NCBI GenBank assembly: GCA_037245165.1
Contig: JAXWVI010000033.1
Span: 54,796-78,795, forward strand
Origin: a bacterium
GTDB taxonomy: Bacteria; Bacillota; Clostridia; Oscillospirales; Oscillospiraceae
Length of the DNA: 24,000 nt
Direction of reading: 5' to 3'
The notes beneath the pieces were generated by a model. It searched no databases. It saw only the letters and a list, made by a program, of their open reading frames with translations, and was not told where the DNA came from. The position numbers and the translations under genes are program-made. The stretch's first letter is position 1, and each line of letters opens with the position of its first letter. Below are positions 1-8,842 of the stretch, in pieces.

Positions 1-157
1 CTCCCGCCTGACGGCGCACGCCGTGTGGGCCATCGGAAAGCACCATGGAGGGGACGCCGGCCTGGGGAAACTCATAGGTGCTCCAGATGTCCCGGCCGGA
101 CAGGAGAGCGACCTTCTGCTTCAGGGTCAGCTTTTTTAAAATGTCTTCGTGCTTCAT
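1..157 (-). CDS. glycoside hydrolase family 3 (beta-glucosidase-like), first 52 codons only; the gene runs off the left edge
   Basis: Reverse complement of 1..157 reads MKHEDILKKLTLKQKVALLSGRDIWSTYEFPQAGVPSMVLSDGPHGVRRQAG. An AAGGAG (complement of 166..171) lies 8 nt upstream of the ATG. The LSGxDxW...SDGPHGxR string is the usual GH3 N-terminus. Absent from the ORF track because it is truncated. Confidence 0.75.
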   Translation of the reverse strand, partial: MKHEDILKKLTLKQKVALLSGRDIWSTYEFPQAGVPSMVLSDGPHGVRRQAG

Positions 158-181
158 AGGTCCAGCTCCTTATTTTATCAG

Positions 182-212
182 GGGCGGGCCGTTCCCAAGG
201 AACGGCCCGCCC
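182..212 (-). terminator. GC-rich stem-loop between the two GH3 genes (weak terminator or mRNA-stabilising hairpin)
   Basis: GGGCGGGCCGTTCC-caa-GGAACGGCCCGCCC, a 14-bp perfect stem located after the stop of the 969-aa GH3 gene. No clear U-tract on either strand. Confidence 0.3.
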
Positions 213-239
213 GCGGTTTCATTCCGGCATGGGGACAGA

Positions 240-3149
240 TTAGTCCTCGATCTTCTTGGCCTTTTTCCCGATGGCCACAGCGCCGGCCACAACGGCCAGG
301 CCGATGACTACGTCAGCGCCGATGAGCAGCTTCTGCCAGGTCTGCATACCGGGGTTCAGGTTCTCCTCGGCGTAAGCACGGGAGTTGACCACGGTGTACA
401 GGATATTTTTAGAAGCCTGACGCATGGCCAGAACAGAGGTAGCGCTCTCGGTGTCGGTAACATGGTTGGTGTCGGTGTCATAGTTCACCAGACAGAAGTC
501 GGTGCCGCCCCGGATGGCCTGGTCGGCGTCCATATAGCCGTACACGCCGAAGTAGTCGGTGAGCACCATGCCTACGAAGCCCCACTCGTCCCGGAGAACC
601 ACGTTGCACAGCTCGTTGTTGGCGCCGGTCCACTGGGTACCGATGTAGTTGAAGGAGGACATGACGGCGTCGGCGCCGCCCTCCTTGACGGAGATTTCAA
701 AGGGCTTGAGGTAGATTTCCCGGATGGCCTGCTCGTTGGACCAGGTACACAGCATGCTGTTCCGGTTGCCCTCCTGGTCGTTGAGGGCGTAGTGCTTGAT
801 GTAGGCATACACGCCGAATTCCTCCGCGCCCTGGATGGCCTGAGCGGCAATCTTGCCGGACAGAAGGCTGTCCTCGGAGTAGTACTCGAAGTTCCGGCCG
901 GCAAAGGCGGAGCGGTGGATGTTCATAGCGGGGGCGTACCAGCCGGAGGTGTCCATCTCGTCGGCCATCTTGCCGATGCTGCGGCCGAATTCCTTGGCCA
1001 GATCCGGGCTCCAGGTGGCGGCAATCATCACTCCGGCGGGGAAGCCCACGGAGCCCTGGCCGGTAAAGTTGTTGTTGATGGAGGCAGGGCCGTCGCAGTC
1101 ATAGGTCTGTACCTTCTGAATGCTGGAAATGGGGGCAGTCTGATAGCCGCCGTAGGCGATGAGGCTGTCCATCTCGGAGATGGTCAGCTGATCCAGCAGC
1201 TGGTCCCACTTGGGGTCGTCGTAGGCCACACCCCGCAGATCCACCAGCTTCAAGCCGTTCTTGGCCCCGGTGGTGGGCATGACGTCGTCGGGGTTATTGT
1301 ACTGAGTGGGGTCGTAGTTGTTATTGTTGATAAAGGCGGCCTTGCTCTCCTCATCCAGAGAGAGGTTGGTGGGGGCAGCGGTGGCCTCGTCATAGTTGGC
1401 AAAGCCATCAGCCCGGCTGAGATAGGTGGCGTTGCCCTCGGCAAAGGCAAACTGGTTGGTGGCAGGGGTCTTGTCGCTGCTGCGGCCGTCCTTGTAGGAG
1501 ATGGTCTCAGGCACGATGTACTCCTGAGAGTCCAGAACGGTGTGGGAGTCGGCGTTGATGGAGATAGTGTATACGCCGCCTTCCAGCACATAGGCGCCCT
1601 CGCCATAGGTGTCATAGGAGGCCATATCCTCCAGCTTGATGGTAAAGCTGAGCGTCTCGGAGGCGCCGGGTTCCAGGGTCCCGGTCTTGTCAAAGGCAAT
1701 GAGGTTGGCGCTGGCCTTTTCAATGCCGCCATTGGTGTAGGGGGGATTGTAGTAGACCTCCACCACATCCTTGCCGGCCACAGCGCCGGTATTGGTGACA
1801 GTTACGTCAAAGGAGAGGGTGCCGTTGGCCAGATCCTCGGTGAGGATGCTCATCTCCTGGGTAAAGGTGGTGTAGCTCAGGCCGTAGCCGAAGGGGTACT
1901 GAACGGTGGCATCGTAGTCGATGAGGCCCTCCACAGCGGCGGTCTCATAGAACTTATAGCCTACATAGATGCCTTCCACATAGTTGACAAAGGCGGGGGT
2001 GGCGTTCTGGTTGAAGCTGCCTCCGGCCAGATACTCGTCCATATTGTCATAGTAGAATGCGCCGAAGTTGTTCCAGGTGGGGGTCTGGGTCAGGTCGTAG
2101 ACAAAGGTGTCAATGAGGCAGCCGGAGGGGCTGACAGTGCCGTTAAGGATATTGCCCAGACCGTTGAAGCCACCCTGGCCGGTGCCGGCGCACCAGATGA
2201 CGCTCTGAATCTGGTCATAGTCCTCCACAAAGCCCAGCTCAAAGGGGTTGGCGCCGTTGTAGAGAAGGATCACCTTGTCAAAGTTGGCGCACACCAGGTC
2301 CAGCAGCTCCTCCTCCCGGTTGGAAAGCTCCAGGAAGTGATCGCCCTGGTCCCAGTCGTTGCCCTCGTTGAGGCTGTCGTCATAGGTGCCCCGGTAGTAG
2401 GCGGAGTCGCCGCCCACGGACTGCTCGCTGTTCCAGGTGCCGTCCACCACGGCGGCCATATCGGTGGGCAGGTCGGCGCCCTCGCCGCCCACACGGCCGA
2501 TCACCACCATGGCGGTGTCGGAGAAGTCCTTGGCGTTCTGGATCATCTCATCGGTGTACAGGTTCACATTGGGTTCAGGCAGGGTCCAGTCCTGGGCGCT
2601 CATGCCCACGGAGGGGCGGTCGGCCTTGTAGTCGATGTAGAACTGGCTGAGCTCCTCATTGGTGGTAAAGCCGGCGTTGGCCAGGCCCTCCAGCAGGGTG
2701 GTGGTGTGGTAGGCGTCGTTCAAAGAGCCGGAACCGGTGCCGCCGTACACGGGGTTGGTGGAGGCCCAGCCGAAGACGTTCAGGTTGGTATTGGCCTGGA
2801 GAGGCAGGGCGCTGTTGTCATTCTCCAGCAGCACAATGCCCTCCTCAGCAATGTCCTCCACCAGGGCAGAAGCCTCGGCGGAGGTCTCCTCGCTGATGGT
2901 GCCGCCTCCGGTGGCAAGCGAGATCATGGTAAACATGGGGCCGGTGCAGATCAAATTGACGATCACGGCCACGGCCAGGATCATGGCCATCGCTGTCTCG
3001 CCCCGGGCCAGGAACTTCTTGCTTTTGGGCAGTTTGCGCACAGCGACCATAATGGCAATGCCCAGCACGATTACGACGGCAAGGGCAATCAGGTGATACT
3101 TGACGGAACTGAGTACCTTATAGACGTCGTCCATGTTGATACTTAACAT
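240..3149 (-). CDS. membrane-anchored glycoside hydrolase family 3 (beta-glucosidase / beta-xylosidase-like), 969 aa
   Basis: GH3 hallmarks in the translation: KHYALNDQEGNRN, SFNYIGTQWTGANNELCNVVLRDEWGFVGMVLTDY (nucleophile Asp context), and a long beta-sandwich/Fn3-like tail. Hydrophobic segments sit at the N-terminus (HLIALAVVIVLGIAIMVAV, MAMILAVAVIVNLICTGPMF) and the extreme C-terminus (LLIGADVVIGLAVVAGAVAIGKKAKK). An AGGAGGA lies ~8 nt upstream of the ATG at 3149. Confidence 0.9.
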   Translation of the reverse strand: MLSINMDDVYKVLSSVKYHLIALAVVIVLGIAIMVAVRKLPKSKKFLARGETAMAMILAVAVIVNLICTGPMFTMISLATGGGTISEETSAEASALVEDIAEEGIVLLENDNSALPLQANTNLNVFGWASTNPVYGGTGSGSLNDAYHTTTLLEGLANAGFTTNEELSQFYIDYKADRPSVGMSAQDWTLPEPNVNLYTDEMIQNAKDFSDTAMVVIGRVGGEGADLPTDMAAVVDGTWNSEQSVGGDSAYYRGTYDDSLNEGNDWDQGDHFLELSNREEELLDLVCANFDKVILLYNGANPFELGFVEDYDQIQSVIWCAGTGQGGFNGLGNILNGTVSPSGCLIDTFVYDLTQTPTWNNFGAFYYDNMDEYLAGGSFNQNATPAFVNYVEGIYVGYKFYETAAVEGLIDYDATVQYPFGYGLSYTTFTQEMSILTEDLANGTLSFDVTVTNTGAVAGKDVVEVYYNPPYTNGGIEKASANLIAFDKTGTLEPGASETLSFTIKLEDMASYDTYGEGAYVLEGGVYTISINADSHTVLDSQEYIVPETISYKDGRSSDKTPATNQFAFAEGNATYLSRADGFANYDEATAAPTNLSLDEESKAAFINNNNYDPTQYNNPDDVMPTTGAKNGLKLVDLRGVAYDDPKWDQLLDQLTISEMDSLIAYGGYQTAPISSIQKVQTYDCDGPASINNNFTGQGSVGFPAGVMIAATWSPDLAKEFGRSIGKMADEMDTSGWYAPAMNIHRSAFAGRNFEYYSEDSLLSGKIAAQAIQGAEEFGVYAYIKHYALNDQEGNRNSMLCTWSNEQAIREIYLKPFEISVKEGGADAVMSSFNYIGTQWTGANNELCNVVLRDEWGFVGMVLTDYFGVYGYMDADQAIRGGTDFCLVNYDTDTNHVTDTESATSVLAMRQASKNILYTVVNSRAYAEENLNPGMQTWQKLLIGADVVIGLAVVAGAVAIGKKAKKIED

Positions 3150-3354
3150 TTCATCTTCCTCCTAATCATATTGAGAGCGCAACACACACGCCGCGGCTCG
3201 TTGGTGTACCAATCATAACAGACCTTTTCATATATTTTTCATCCACCGCACAAATTGACTGTTTTTTTGCGTAAACTGTTTTTTATCTTGTGCTTATCCA
3301 ACAAAAATTATAAAATGTATTTGTCGATTTAGCCCATAACCCCCTCTTAAAGCT

Positions 3355-3383
3355 GTGCCGCGGGGCCTCGGACCCCGCAGCAC
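3355..3383 (-). terminator. hairpin just after the kinase stop codon
   Basis: On the minus strand GUGCUGCGGGG-uccgagg-CCCCGCGGCAC forms 11 bp including one G-U. It begins 7 nt after the stop at 3390. The U-tract is weak (AGCUUUAAG). Confidence 0.4.
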
Positions 3384-3389
3384 GCGACG

Positions 3390-4706
3390 TTATGTTTTTT
3401 CTTTTCTCAGGGGAATCAGAACCGTCATGATGAACCAGCTGTTCTTGACTTCCATAGTCACCGAGCCATCGTACTTCTGCGCTGTATATCGGATGCTTTT
3501 TACTCCATAGCCGTGATACTCAGGGTCCTGCTTGGTTGTGACAGGCAGGCCGTCACGGAAGGACACTTCCTCGGGACAATAGTTCTCGCAATGAATGATC
3601 AGGAAATCTTTTTTGGAATACACCGCCACATGGATCAGCCGCTTTTCCTTCTCTGAAATCCGCAGCTCGCACTCAATGGCGTTATCCAGCATATTGCCGA
3701 AGATGGTACAAATGTCCATCACATCCATAAACTCCAGCAGCGCCCCGTCCGCCACGCACGTCAGCTCAATTTTGTGCTTGGCACAGTAGAGGCTCTTGCC
3801 CGTCAGGACGGTGTCCAGCACTGAATTTCCCGTCTTGTTCTGGGCCTCGTAGTTTCGGATCTCATTTTCCATCTCGTCCAGGTAATCCGCCCGCTTCTGC
3901 GCGTCCGGCTCCGCCCGAAGCACGGCGATCTGGTGTTTGAGATCGTGGTATTTCCGGTTGATGAGGTCAATGCTCTCTCGGCTCTGGCGGTACTGGACAT
4001 ACTGGTTTTGCAGAATATTCTTGACCGCGTCCAGTTCGTACTTCACCCGCAGTTCACTGCGCTGGATATGATACGCATAGAGCATCACCAGGCCGGCCAA
4101 ATCCACCAGCGTGCGAATATTGTTCACATCACTGATGTAACTGCCGCTGAAAGGGGTGTTGGCGTAGACAAAGCTCAGATTGCTCATGGCAAAGCAGGTC
4201 ACTCCCATGACCAAGGCCGGCCAAAGCTCTCTGGGCCGTACCACGAGCACCGGGTACTGGACAACCCGACGACTCTCCAGACGATACATCAGCAGAAAAA
4301 CCGCCACATATACCGCCAGAGCAAACAGGAGGGAAAACAGGACGCTGTCCTTTCCAACCCGAAGGGCTCCATAGGCATAGAGCTGCCACTCCAGCGAGGC
4401 GGCAAACTCCGCCAGCAAAAAAGCCCGCACCGTACAGTAGCCCGCGCTCACCAGAGACATGTTGCAGCACAGGGAAATGGCCGAAAACATCAGCCCCACC
4501 GCAACCGCCATACAGGGAATCCACAAAGCCACCGGCCATGATCCGGTGAAATGAAGAAACAGGCACTGTACTATCAAAAACAGCGCCAGGACCCCCCACA
4601 GGCGCCAGCCCCTGAGGCGTTTGTCATATTTGCAGATATAGACCAGACAGGCACCCCACTCGGCCAGAGCTGTGAGGATGCGGGGAATGCTGGGCACTAC
4701 ATTCAT
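3390..4706 (-). CDS. AgrC/VirS-like sensor histidine kinase (multi-TM N-terminus plus GHKL ATPase)
   Basis: About six hydrophobic helices in the first 200 aa. H-box-like RKYHDLKHQIAVLR and N-box FGNMLDNAIE. The ATG overlaps the upstream regulator stop (ATGA), which suggests translational coupling. Confidence 0.85.
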   Translation of the reverse strand: MNVVPSIPRILTALAEWGACLVYICKYDKRLRGWRLWGVLALFLIVQCLFLHFTGSWPVALWIPCMAVAVGLMFSAISLCCNMSLVSAGYCTVRAFLLAEFAASLEWQLYAYGALRVGKDSVLFSLLFALAVYVAVFLLMYRLESRRVVQYPVLVVRPRELWPALVMGVTCFAMSNLSFVYANTPFSGSYISDVNNIRTLVDLAGLVMLYAYHIQRSELRVKYELDAVKNILQNQYVQYRQSRESIDLINRKYHDLKHQIAVLRAEPDAQKRADYLDEMENEIRNYEAQNKTGNSVLDTVLTGKSLYCAKHKIELTCVADGALLEFMDVMDICTIFGNMLDNAIECELRISEKEKRLIHVAVYSKKDFLIIHCENYCPEEVSFRDGLPVTTKQDPEYHGYGVKSIRYTAQKYDGSVTMEVKNSWFIMTVLIPLRKEKT

Positions 4707-5416
4707 CGTCCCACCCCGCTGACATAGTTGGTCAGGGCCTCTAAAAAAGCGCCCTTCCTGGTCCGGCTGATAATGAGCCGCTCCCCATGGATCAGGGCAC
4801 AGCCATCCCGCACTCCGTCCACATGCTCCAGGTTGACCAGATACCCCTTATTGCTGCGAAAAAAGCTGTGTTCCTTCAGATTCTCCTCCGCCTGCTGAAT
4901 GGTTCCCCCTGCCGCTACATGGTCGCCGGTACGGGTGTGGTAGATCAGCTGGTGTCCTCGGCTTTCCACATAGTAGATATCCCGGATGGCCAGCTTCATG
5001 GCCCCACCCTTTACAGGAATGGTAAGATAGGCCGTTTCCCGCCGGTCAAGGCGCTGGATCGCCCGGCTCAGCCGCTGGCTGAAGGCAAAATAATTCACCG
5101 GCTTGAGCACATAGTCCAGGGCATCCACAGCGTATCCCCGGATGGCGTACTGGGCCATATTGGTGATAAAAATGATGATAACTTCTGGGTCCTGACGACG
5201 GATCATCTCCGCCGCCGTCATCCCGTTGAGAAAGGGCATCTCCACATCCAGCAGGATGATGTCGAACTGGGCCTTGTAGCGCTCCACCAGCTCGTCTCCA
5301 TCACTGTATACGGTCACATCACAGCTCTGGCCGCTCTCCCGGGCAAAATCATCAATGTATTGACAAAGCTGCCTGGTGCAGTCTCTGTCATCATCCGCCA
5401 CCGCGATCCGGATCAT
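4703..5416 (-). CDS. LytTR-family response regulator (REC + LytTR DNA-binding domain)
   Basis: REC motifs are present: IAVADDD, DIILLDVEMPFLNGM, IIFITN and KP. The C-terminal LytTR-like segment reads IYYVESRGHQLIYHT...FFRSNKGYLVNLEHV. Confidence 0.9.
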   Translation of the reverse strand: MIRIAVADDDRDCTRQLCQYIDDFARESGQSCDVTVYSDGDELVERYKAQFDIILLDVEMPFLNGMTAAEMIRRQDPEVIIIFITNMAQYAIRGYAVDALDYVLKPVNYFAFSQRLSRAIQRLDRRETAYLTIPVKGGAMKLAIRDIYYVESRGHQLIYHTRTGDHVAAGGTIQQAEENLKEHSFFRSNKGYLVNLEHVDGVRDGCALIHGERLIISRTRKGAFLEALTNYVSGVGR

Positions 5417-5518
5417 GTTTTGCCCTCCTTTTTTCTTTCAGTATAACCAGTATACCGGAGGAAATGTGGGATTGCAAGACGAAAAAAGTCTGTTTTAAAC
5501 CAATAAATACCAAAAATT

Positions 5519-5548
5519 CCCCGGCAAAGCCAGAAGGCTTTGCCGGGG
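5519..5548 (-). terminator. rho-independent terminator (bidirectional hairpin)
   Basis: CCCCGGCAAAGCC-agaa-GGCTTTGCCGGGG, a 13-bp perfect stem. On the minus strand it is followed by AAUUUUUGGUAUUU. It lies 15 nt after the stop of the 66-aa gene. Confidence 0.8.
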
Positions 5549-5562
5549 AATTTCATTTCGCC

Positions 5563-5763
5563 TTATTCTGTTACCTTCAGCCCGTGATCCCGGGCCAGGT
5601 TGGCGATGCTGCGGTCGTAGGTCGCCTCTCCCTCTTTGGAAAAGAAGCAGCCGGGCACCCCCTCGTTATGATCCCGGTGATGGGCCACACAGGCGCAGCA
5701 TTTTCCATGCCGGGGGCAGTCTGCCGTACAGGGGCAGGGCAGTTTATTGTCACAGTTTGCCAT
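5563..5763 (-). CDS. small cysteine-rich protein, 66 aa (resembles the family I recall as DUF6485; name from memory)
   Basis: MANCDNKLPCPCTADCPRHGKCCACVAHHRDHNEGVPGCFF... An AGGAGA lies 8 nt upstream of the ATG at 5763. The track's extra first residue is a TTG codon. The gene starts 38 nt downstream of mgtE and is followed by a strong terminator. Confidence 0.7.
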   Translation of the reverse strand: MANCDNKLPCPCTADCPRHGKCCACVAHHRDHNEGVPGCFFSKEGEATYDRSIANLARDHGLKVTE

Positions 5764-5804
5764 CAATCATATCTCCTTTTTCTTTAATCCCAAGCGCCGC
5801 CGGG

Positions 5805-7175
5805 TCAGATTCCCAGCACGCAGGTTGCTATGGTGAAATAGATGAGCAGAGACAGGGCGTCCACCACGGTGGTAATAAAGGGAGCGGCCATCACAGCAGG
5901 GTCAATGCCCAGTTTCTCCGCCGCCATAGGTAAGGTACAGCCCACCACTTTAGCGCATACCACAGTGAGCACAAGCGTCAGGCATACCACCAGAGCCACC
6001 GGCACGGTGACCTCAGGGTTATTCATCAGCCAGCGGTCCACGACCATCATCTTGATAAAGTTGGCCGCCCCCAGACAGGTACCGCACAGTACGGCCACCC
6101 GGACCTCCTTCCACACTACGGCAATCACATCGGAGAACTCCACCTCCCCCAGAGACAGGGCGCGGATCACGGCCACCGAGGATTGAGACCCGGAGTTTCC
6201 GCCCGTACCGGAGAGCATGGGGATAAAGGAGGTGAGCACCACGCAGGCCGCCAGTGCAGACTCAAAGCTGGTGATAATAATCCCGGTAAAGGTGGCTGAC
6301 AGCATGAGCATCATCAGCCATGGGATACGGGAGCGCCATGTCTCAAACACCCCGGTTTTCAAGTAGGGCTTGTCCGAGGGCAGAATGGCGGCCATCTTCT
6401 CAAAGTCCTCGGTGGTTTCCTCTTCGATGACGTCCATAGCGTCGTCGAAGGTGATAATCCCCACCAGACGGTTCTCTCCATCCACCACAGGCAGAGCCGA
6501 CAGGTCGTACCTTGAGAACATCTGCGCCACATCTTCCTTGTCCTCGTGGGTATTAACGGACAGGACGTTGGTTTCCATAATGTCGCCGATCCGGGTATCA
6601 TAAGCGGACAACAGCATTCTCCGCACCGTCACCACACCCAACAGCACCCGGTTTTTGGTAACATAGCAGGTGTATACCGTCTCCTTGTCCAGACCCACCC
6701 GGCGAATCCGGGCAAAGGACTGCTCCACGGTGGCGTCTGGATGGAGGTAAACAAACTCCGTGGTCATGATGGAGCCGGCGGAGTCCTTGGGATAGTTGAG
6801 CAGCTGGTTGATCTGGCTGCGGGTGGAGGCGTCGGTATTGCGCAGAATACGAGACACCACATTGGCAGGCATGTCCTCGATGATATCCACCGTATCGTCC
6901 AGGTAAAGCTCGTCCAGAACCTCCCGCAGCTCCTTATCACTCAGGGCCCCGATCAGCTTTTCCTGGTCCTCGCTGTCCTCCAGATAGGTAAACACCTCTG
7001 CCGCCAGCTCTTTGGGCAGCAGCCGGAAAACCAGAATCTCCTGCTCCACCTCCAGCTCATCCAGGAAGTCTGCAATGTCCACCACGTTCATCTGGGACAG
7101 CTCCTCCCGAAGGCGGCGGAACTGGCGTTTTTCCACCAACTCCATCAGCTGGTCCAGATCATAATTCTCATGCAT
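5805..7175 (-). CDS. mgtE: magnesium transporter MgtE
   Basis: MgtE N-domain (LRRLREELSQMNVVDIADFLDEL), tandem CBS region (IMTTEFVYLHPDATV...LPVVDGENRLVGIITFDD) and C-terminal TM domain (GNSGSQSS motif). Start trimmed from the track's 7319 to the ATG at 7175 (MHENYDLDQL), which has a GGGGAGGGG SD. The 48 upstream codons are Arg/Cys-rich and lie within the leader. Confidence 0.92.
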   Translation of the reverse strand: MHENYDLDQLMELVEKRQFRRLREELSQMNVVDIADFLDELEVEQEILVFRLLPKELAAEVFTYLEDSEDQEKLIGALSDKELREVLDELYLDDTVDIIEDMPANVVSRILRNTDASTRSQINQLLNYPKDSAGSIMTTEFVYLHPDATVEQSFARIRRVGLDKETVYTCYVTKNRVLLGVVTVRRMLLSAYDTRIGDIMETNVLSVNTHEDKEDVAQMFSRYDLSALPVVDGENRLVGIITFDDAMDVIEEETTEDFEKMAAILPSDKPYLKTGVFETWRSRIPWLMMLMLSATFTGIIITSFESALAACVVLTSFIPMLSGTGGNSGSQSSVAVIRALSLGEVEFSDVIAVVWKEVRVAVLCGTCLGAANFIKMMVVDRWLMNNPEVTVPVALVVCLTLVLTVVCAKVVGCTLPMAAEKLGIDPAVMAAPFITTVVDALSLLIYFTIATCVLGI

Positions 7176-7209
7176 AACAAATCCCCTCCCCAAAATCCAC
7201 GTCCTTGAC

Positions 7210-7430
7210 ACAAGACAAAAGGCCACGGGGCATAGGAGGGCATTTGGAAAACGGCCAGACATTCGCCATCTTCCAAACGCGCTCCGGCCCTGTGGCCGCA
7301 CACAGACAGGGAGGTCCAAAGGCCGGAGGGCCCTAGGACAATCCGTTTCGGCGATAAGGCAGGGGGAAACGATACTTTGTCCCCCGTCTCACCGCCTGTC
7401 GTCTGTGACAGCGGCTATCGGTATCATAAC
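7210..7430 (-). promoter_or_regulatory. candidate Mg2+ riboswitch (M-box / ykoK leader) in the mgtE 5' UTR
   Basis: The minus-strand leader contains GGCGGUGAGAC-GGGGGAC..GUUUCCCCC-UGCC, then GCCGAAACGG..CCUAGGGCC, and later CCUAUGCC. These resemble the M-box strings GGUGAGGC / CUGCC / ..GGGUC / CCUAUGCC of the B. subtilis mgtE leader as I remember it. I could not find the CUAAAGCUC.ACG element, so the match is partial. Confidence 0.4.
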
Positions 7431-7550
7431 CGCAACTTCGGCCTTCCATATCCTTCCCACTTCCTTTCATTCTTTTCGGTTTTGTCCTCTCACTTTTTTC
7501 ACGGAGCGCAAGCTTCCTTTGCCTGCGCTCCGCCACCGCCAGGCAACGCT

Positions 7551-7580
7551 ATTGTACCATCATCACTTCCCTGTTTGCAA
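7551..7580 (-). promoter_or_regulatory. putative sigma-A promoter for the mgtE leader
   Basis: Minus strand: TTGCAA (7580..7575), 18-nt spacer, TG-n-TACAAT (7556..7551, extended -10). This would give a ~370-nt leader. Confidence 0.4.
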
Positions 7581-7624
7581 GAGCTCCAGGGAGCGCATTG
7601 ATGTTAAATTCATGAAAAATCTGC

Positions 7625-8731
7625 CTAAGACCACTCCACCTGGGCAGAGCTGTCCACCACATTGATGTAACTGCTTCCCGGCTTCAGGGAAATCTCCTGT
7701 CCCTCCTCCGTCAGGAAGACATAGCAGCTGCTCTTGCTGTCCCTCTGCCAGACGATGGAATATACCTGGCCGTCCCGCAGGAGCAGCCCTTTTCCCGTGC
7801 CGGTGGTCCGAACAGACTTTCGCCCGGCGGAGTCCCCCGGAACATTGGAGATATTAGTATAAAGTACCAGTACATTGGACACCAGTACATCCTCCCCCGT
7901 GACGCCGTCCACATAGGCCCGGCCATTTCCGTTGATGTACTGGGAAATCTGATACTGCCCTGTCTCCTGATCATAGTCAAAATAGCCGGTCTTATACGAG
8001 GAGAAGGGCACAGTCAGTTCCACCGCCGCCTCCCCCCCGGCAGGAAGCTCCCCGTCGAAGGTCCACCCCACCTGATACCCGTCCTTGTGCTCCAGGCGGA
8101 AGCGCTGGGGCATCTGGTTCAGGATATTTTCACTGGAGGTGAGCAGGGAGTGCTCATACCCCGCATTGGCCCGCCGTTCCGGGTCCCGCCAGCACATATC
8201 TCCATAAGGGCCGTTGACAAAGTCAATGGCGGTAACGCCCCAGCCCTTGATCGCCTCATAGGCCTGGGGACTTCCTCCGGCATGGATATAGATGGCGTCG
8301 TGTCCATAGGCAAGGTTCACATAGTAATCCCGGGCAGAGCGAATAGAGCCCAGAGTACCAACACCCTCCATATCCTGATACAGGGCCATCATTCGGGTGA
8401 TCCCACCCTCGGCCACAATCTCATAAATGACATCTGCCTGTCCCACTCCAAGCTGGGGCAGCGCCTTTTCCAGGTTATTGAGCATGACGGCAATGGGGCG
8501 GTTCCCGCTGATATCTTCCATCAGCCCTTCCCCTGTCAGGGGATTGGTATAGGGATAGACCGGCTCCGGCTCCTGAACAGGCTCCGGGACAGGGGCAATC
8601 ACAGGGATCTCCGATTGATCTGATTGGGAGGCCGCCTCTTGGGATGACGCTCCTCCCCCTCCGCCGCAGGCCGTCATCGTCACCAACAAAAGCCCCGTCA
8701 GCAGCATGTGTCCTAAGTTCACCTTTTTCAT
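7625..8731 (-). CDS. DUF3048-type (YerB-like) lipoprotein
   Basis: Lipoprotein signal MKKVNLGHMLLTGLLLVTMTAC followed by a Gly/Ser/Pro-rich linker. Conserved core NRPIAVMLNN...QLGVGQADVIYEIVAEGGITRMMALYQD is typical of DUF3048 proteins (family name from memory). Confidence 0.85.
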   Translation of the reverse strand: MKKVNLGHMLLTGLLLVTMTACGGGGGASSQEAASQSDQSEIPVIAPVPEPVQEPEPVYPYTNPLTGEGLMEDISGNRPIAVMLNNLEKALPQLGVGQADVIYEIVAEGGITRMMALYQDMEGVGTLGSIRSARDYYVNLAYGHDAIYIHAGGSPQAYEAIKGWGVTAIDFVNGPYGDMCWRDPERRANAGYEHSLLTSSENILNQMPQRFRLEHKDGYQVGWTFDGELPAGGEAAVELTVPFSSYKTGYFDYDQETGQYQISQYINGNGRAYVDGVTGEDVLVSNVLVLYTNISNVPGDSAGRKSVRTTGTGKGLLLRDGQVYSIVWQRDSKSSCYVFLTEEGQEISLKPGSSYINVVDSSAQVEWS

Positions 8732-8804
8732 CTCCGTCCCTCCTCAACAGCCTGATCTTTCTTTCATCATACCGTCTTGCGTACGGGCATGTCAACCAAA
8801 AAAA

Positions 8805-8831
8805 GGATATTTGCCGTCATGGCAAATATCC
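8805..8831 (-). terminator. rho-independent terminator of prfB (bidirectional)
   Basis: GGATATTTGCC-gtcat-GGCAAATATCC, an 11-bp stem flanked by A7 on one side and T5 on the other. It starts 12 nt after the prfB stop. Confidence 0.8.
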
Positions 8832-8842
8832 TTTTTCCCATA

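Noticed and set aside
78-3146. 1022-aa plus-strand ORF, the longest in the window
   Set aside because: It is the antisense shadow of the GH3 gene in high-GC DNA. The translation is low-complexity (Gly/Val/Ala/His-rich) with no motifs, it starts at GTG without an SD, and the opposite strand carries clear GH3 signatures.
7176-7319. N-terminal 48-codon extension of mgtE, with similar track extensions of int (12253..12264), xis (12482..12529), the 12714 gene (13005..13142) and the 21475 gene (22090..22311)
   Set aside because: The extensions lack SD sequences and have atypical composition. Some start at non-ATG codons, and one reads through a terminator. Internal ATGs with good SDs match the conserved protein N-termini.
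7333-7665. Small ORFs (67-86 aa) in the mgtE leader / DUF3048 3' region
   Set aside because: They have no SD and biased composition, and they lie where a structured leader RNA and promoter are the better explanation.
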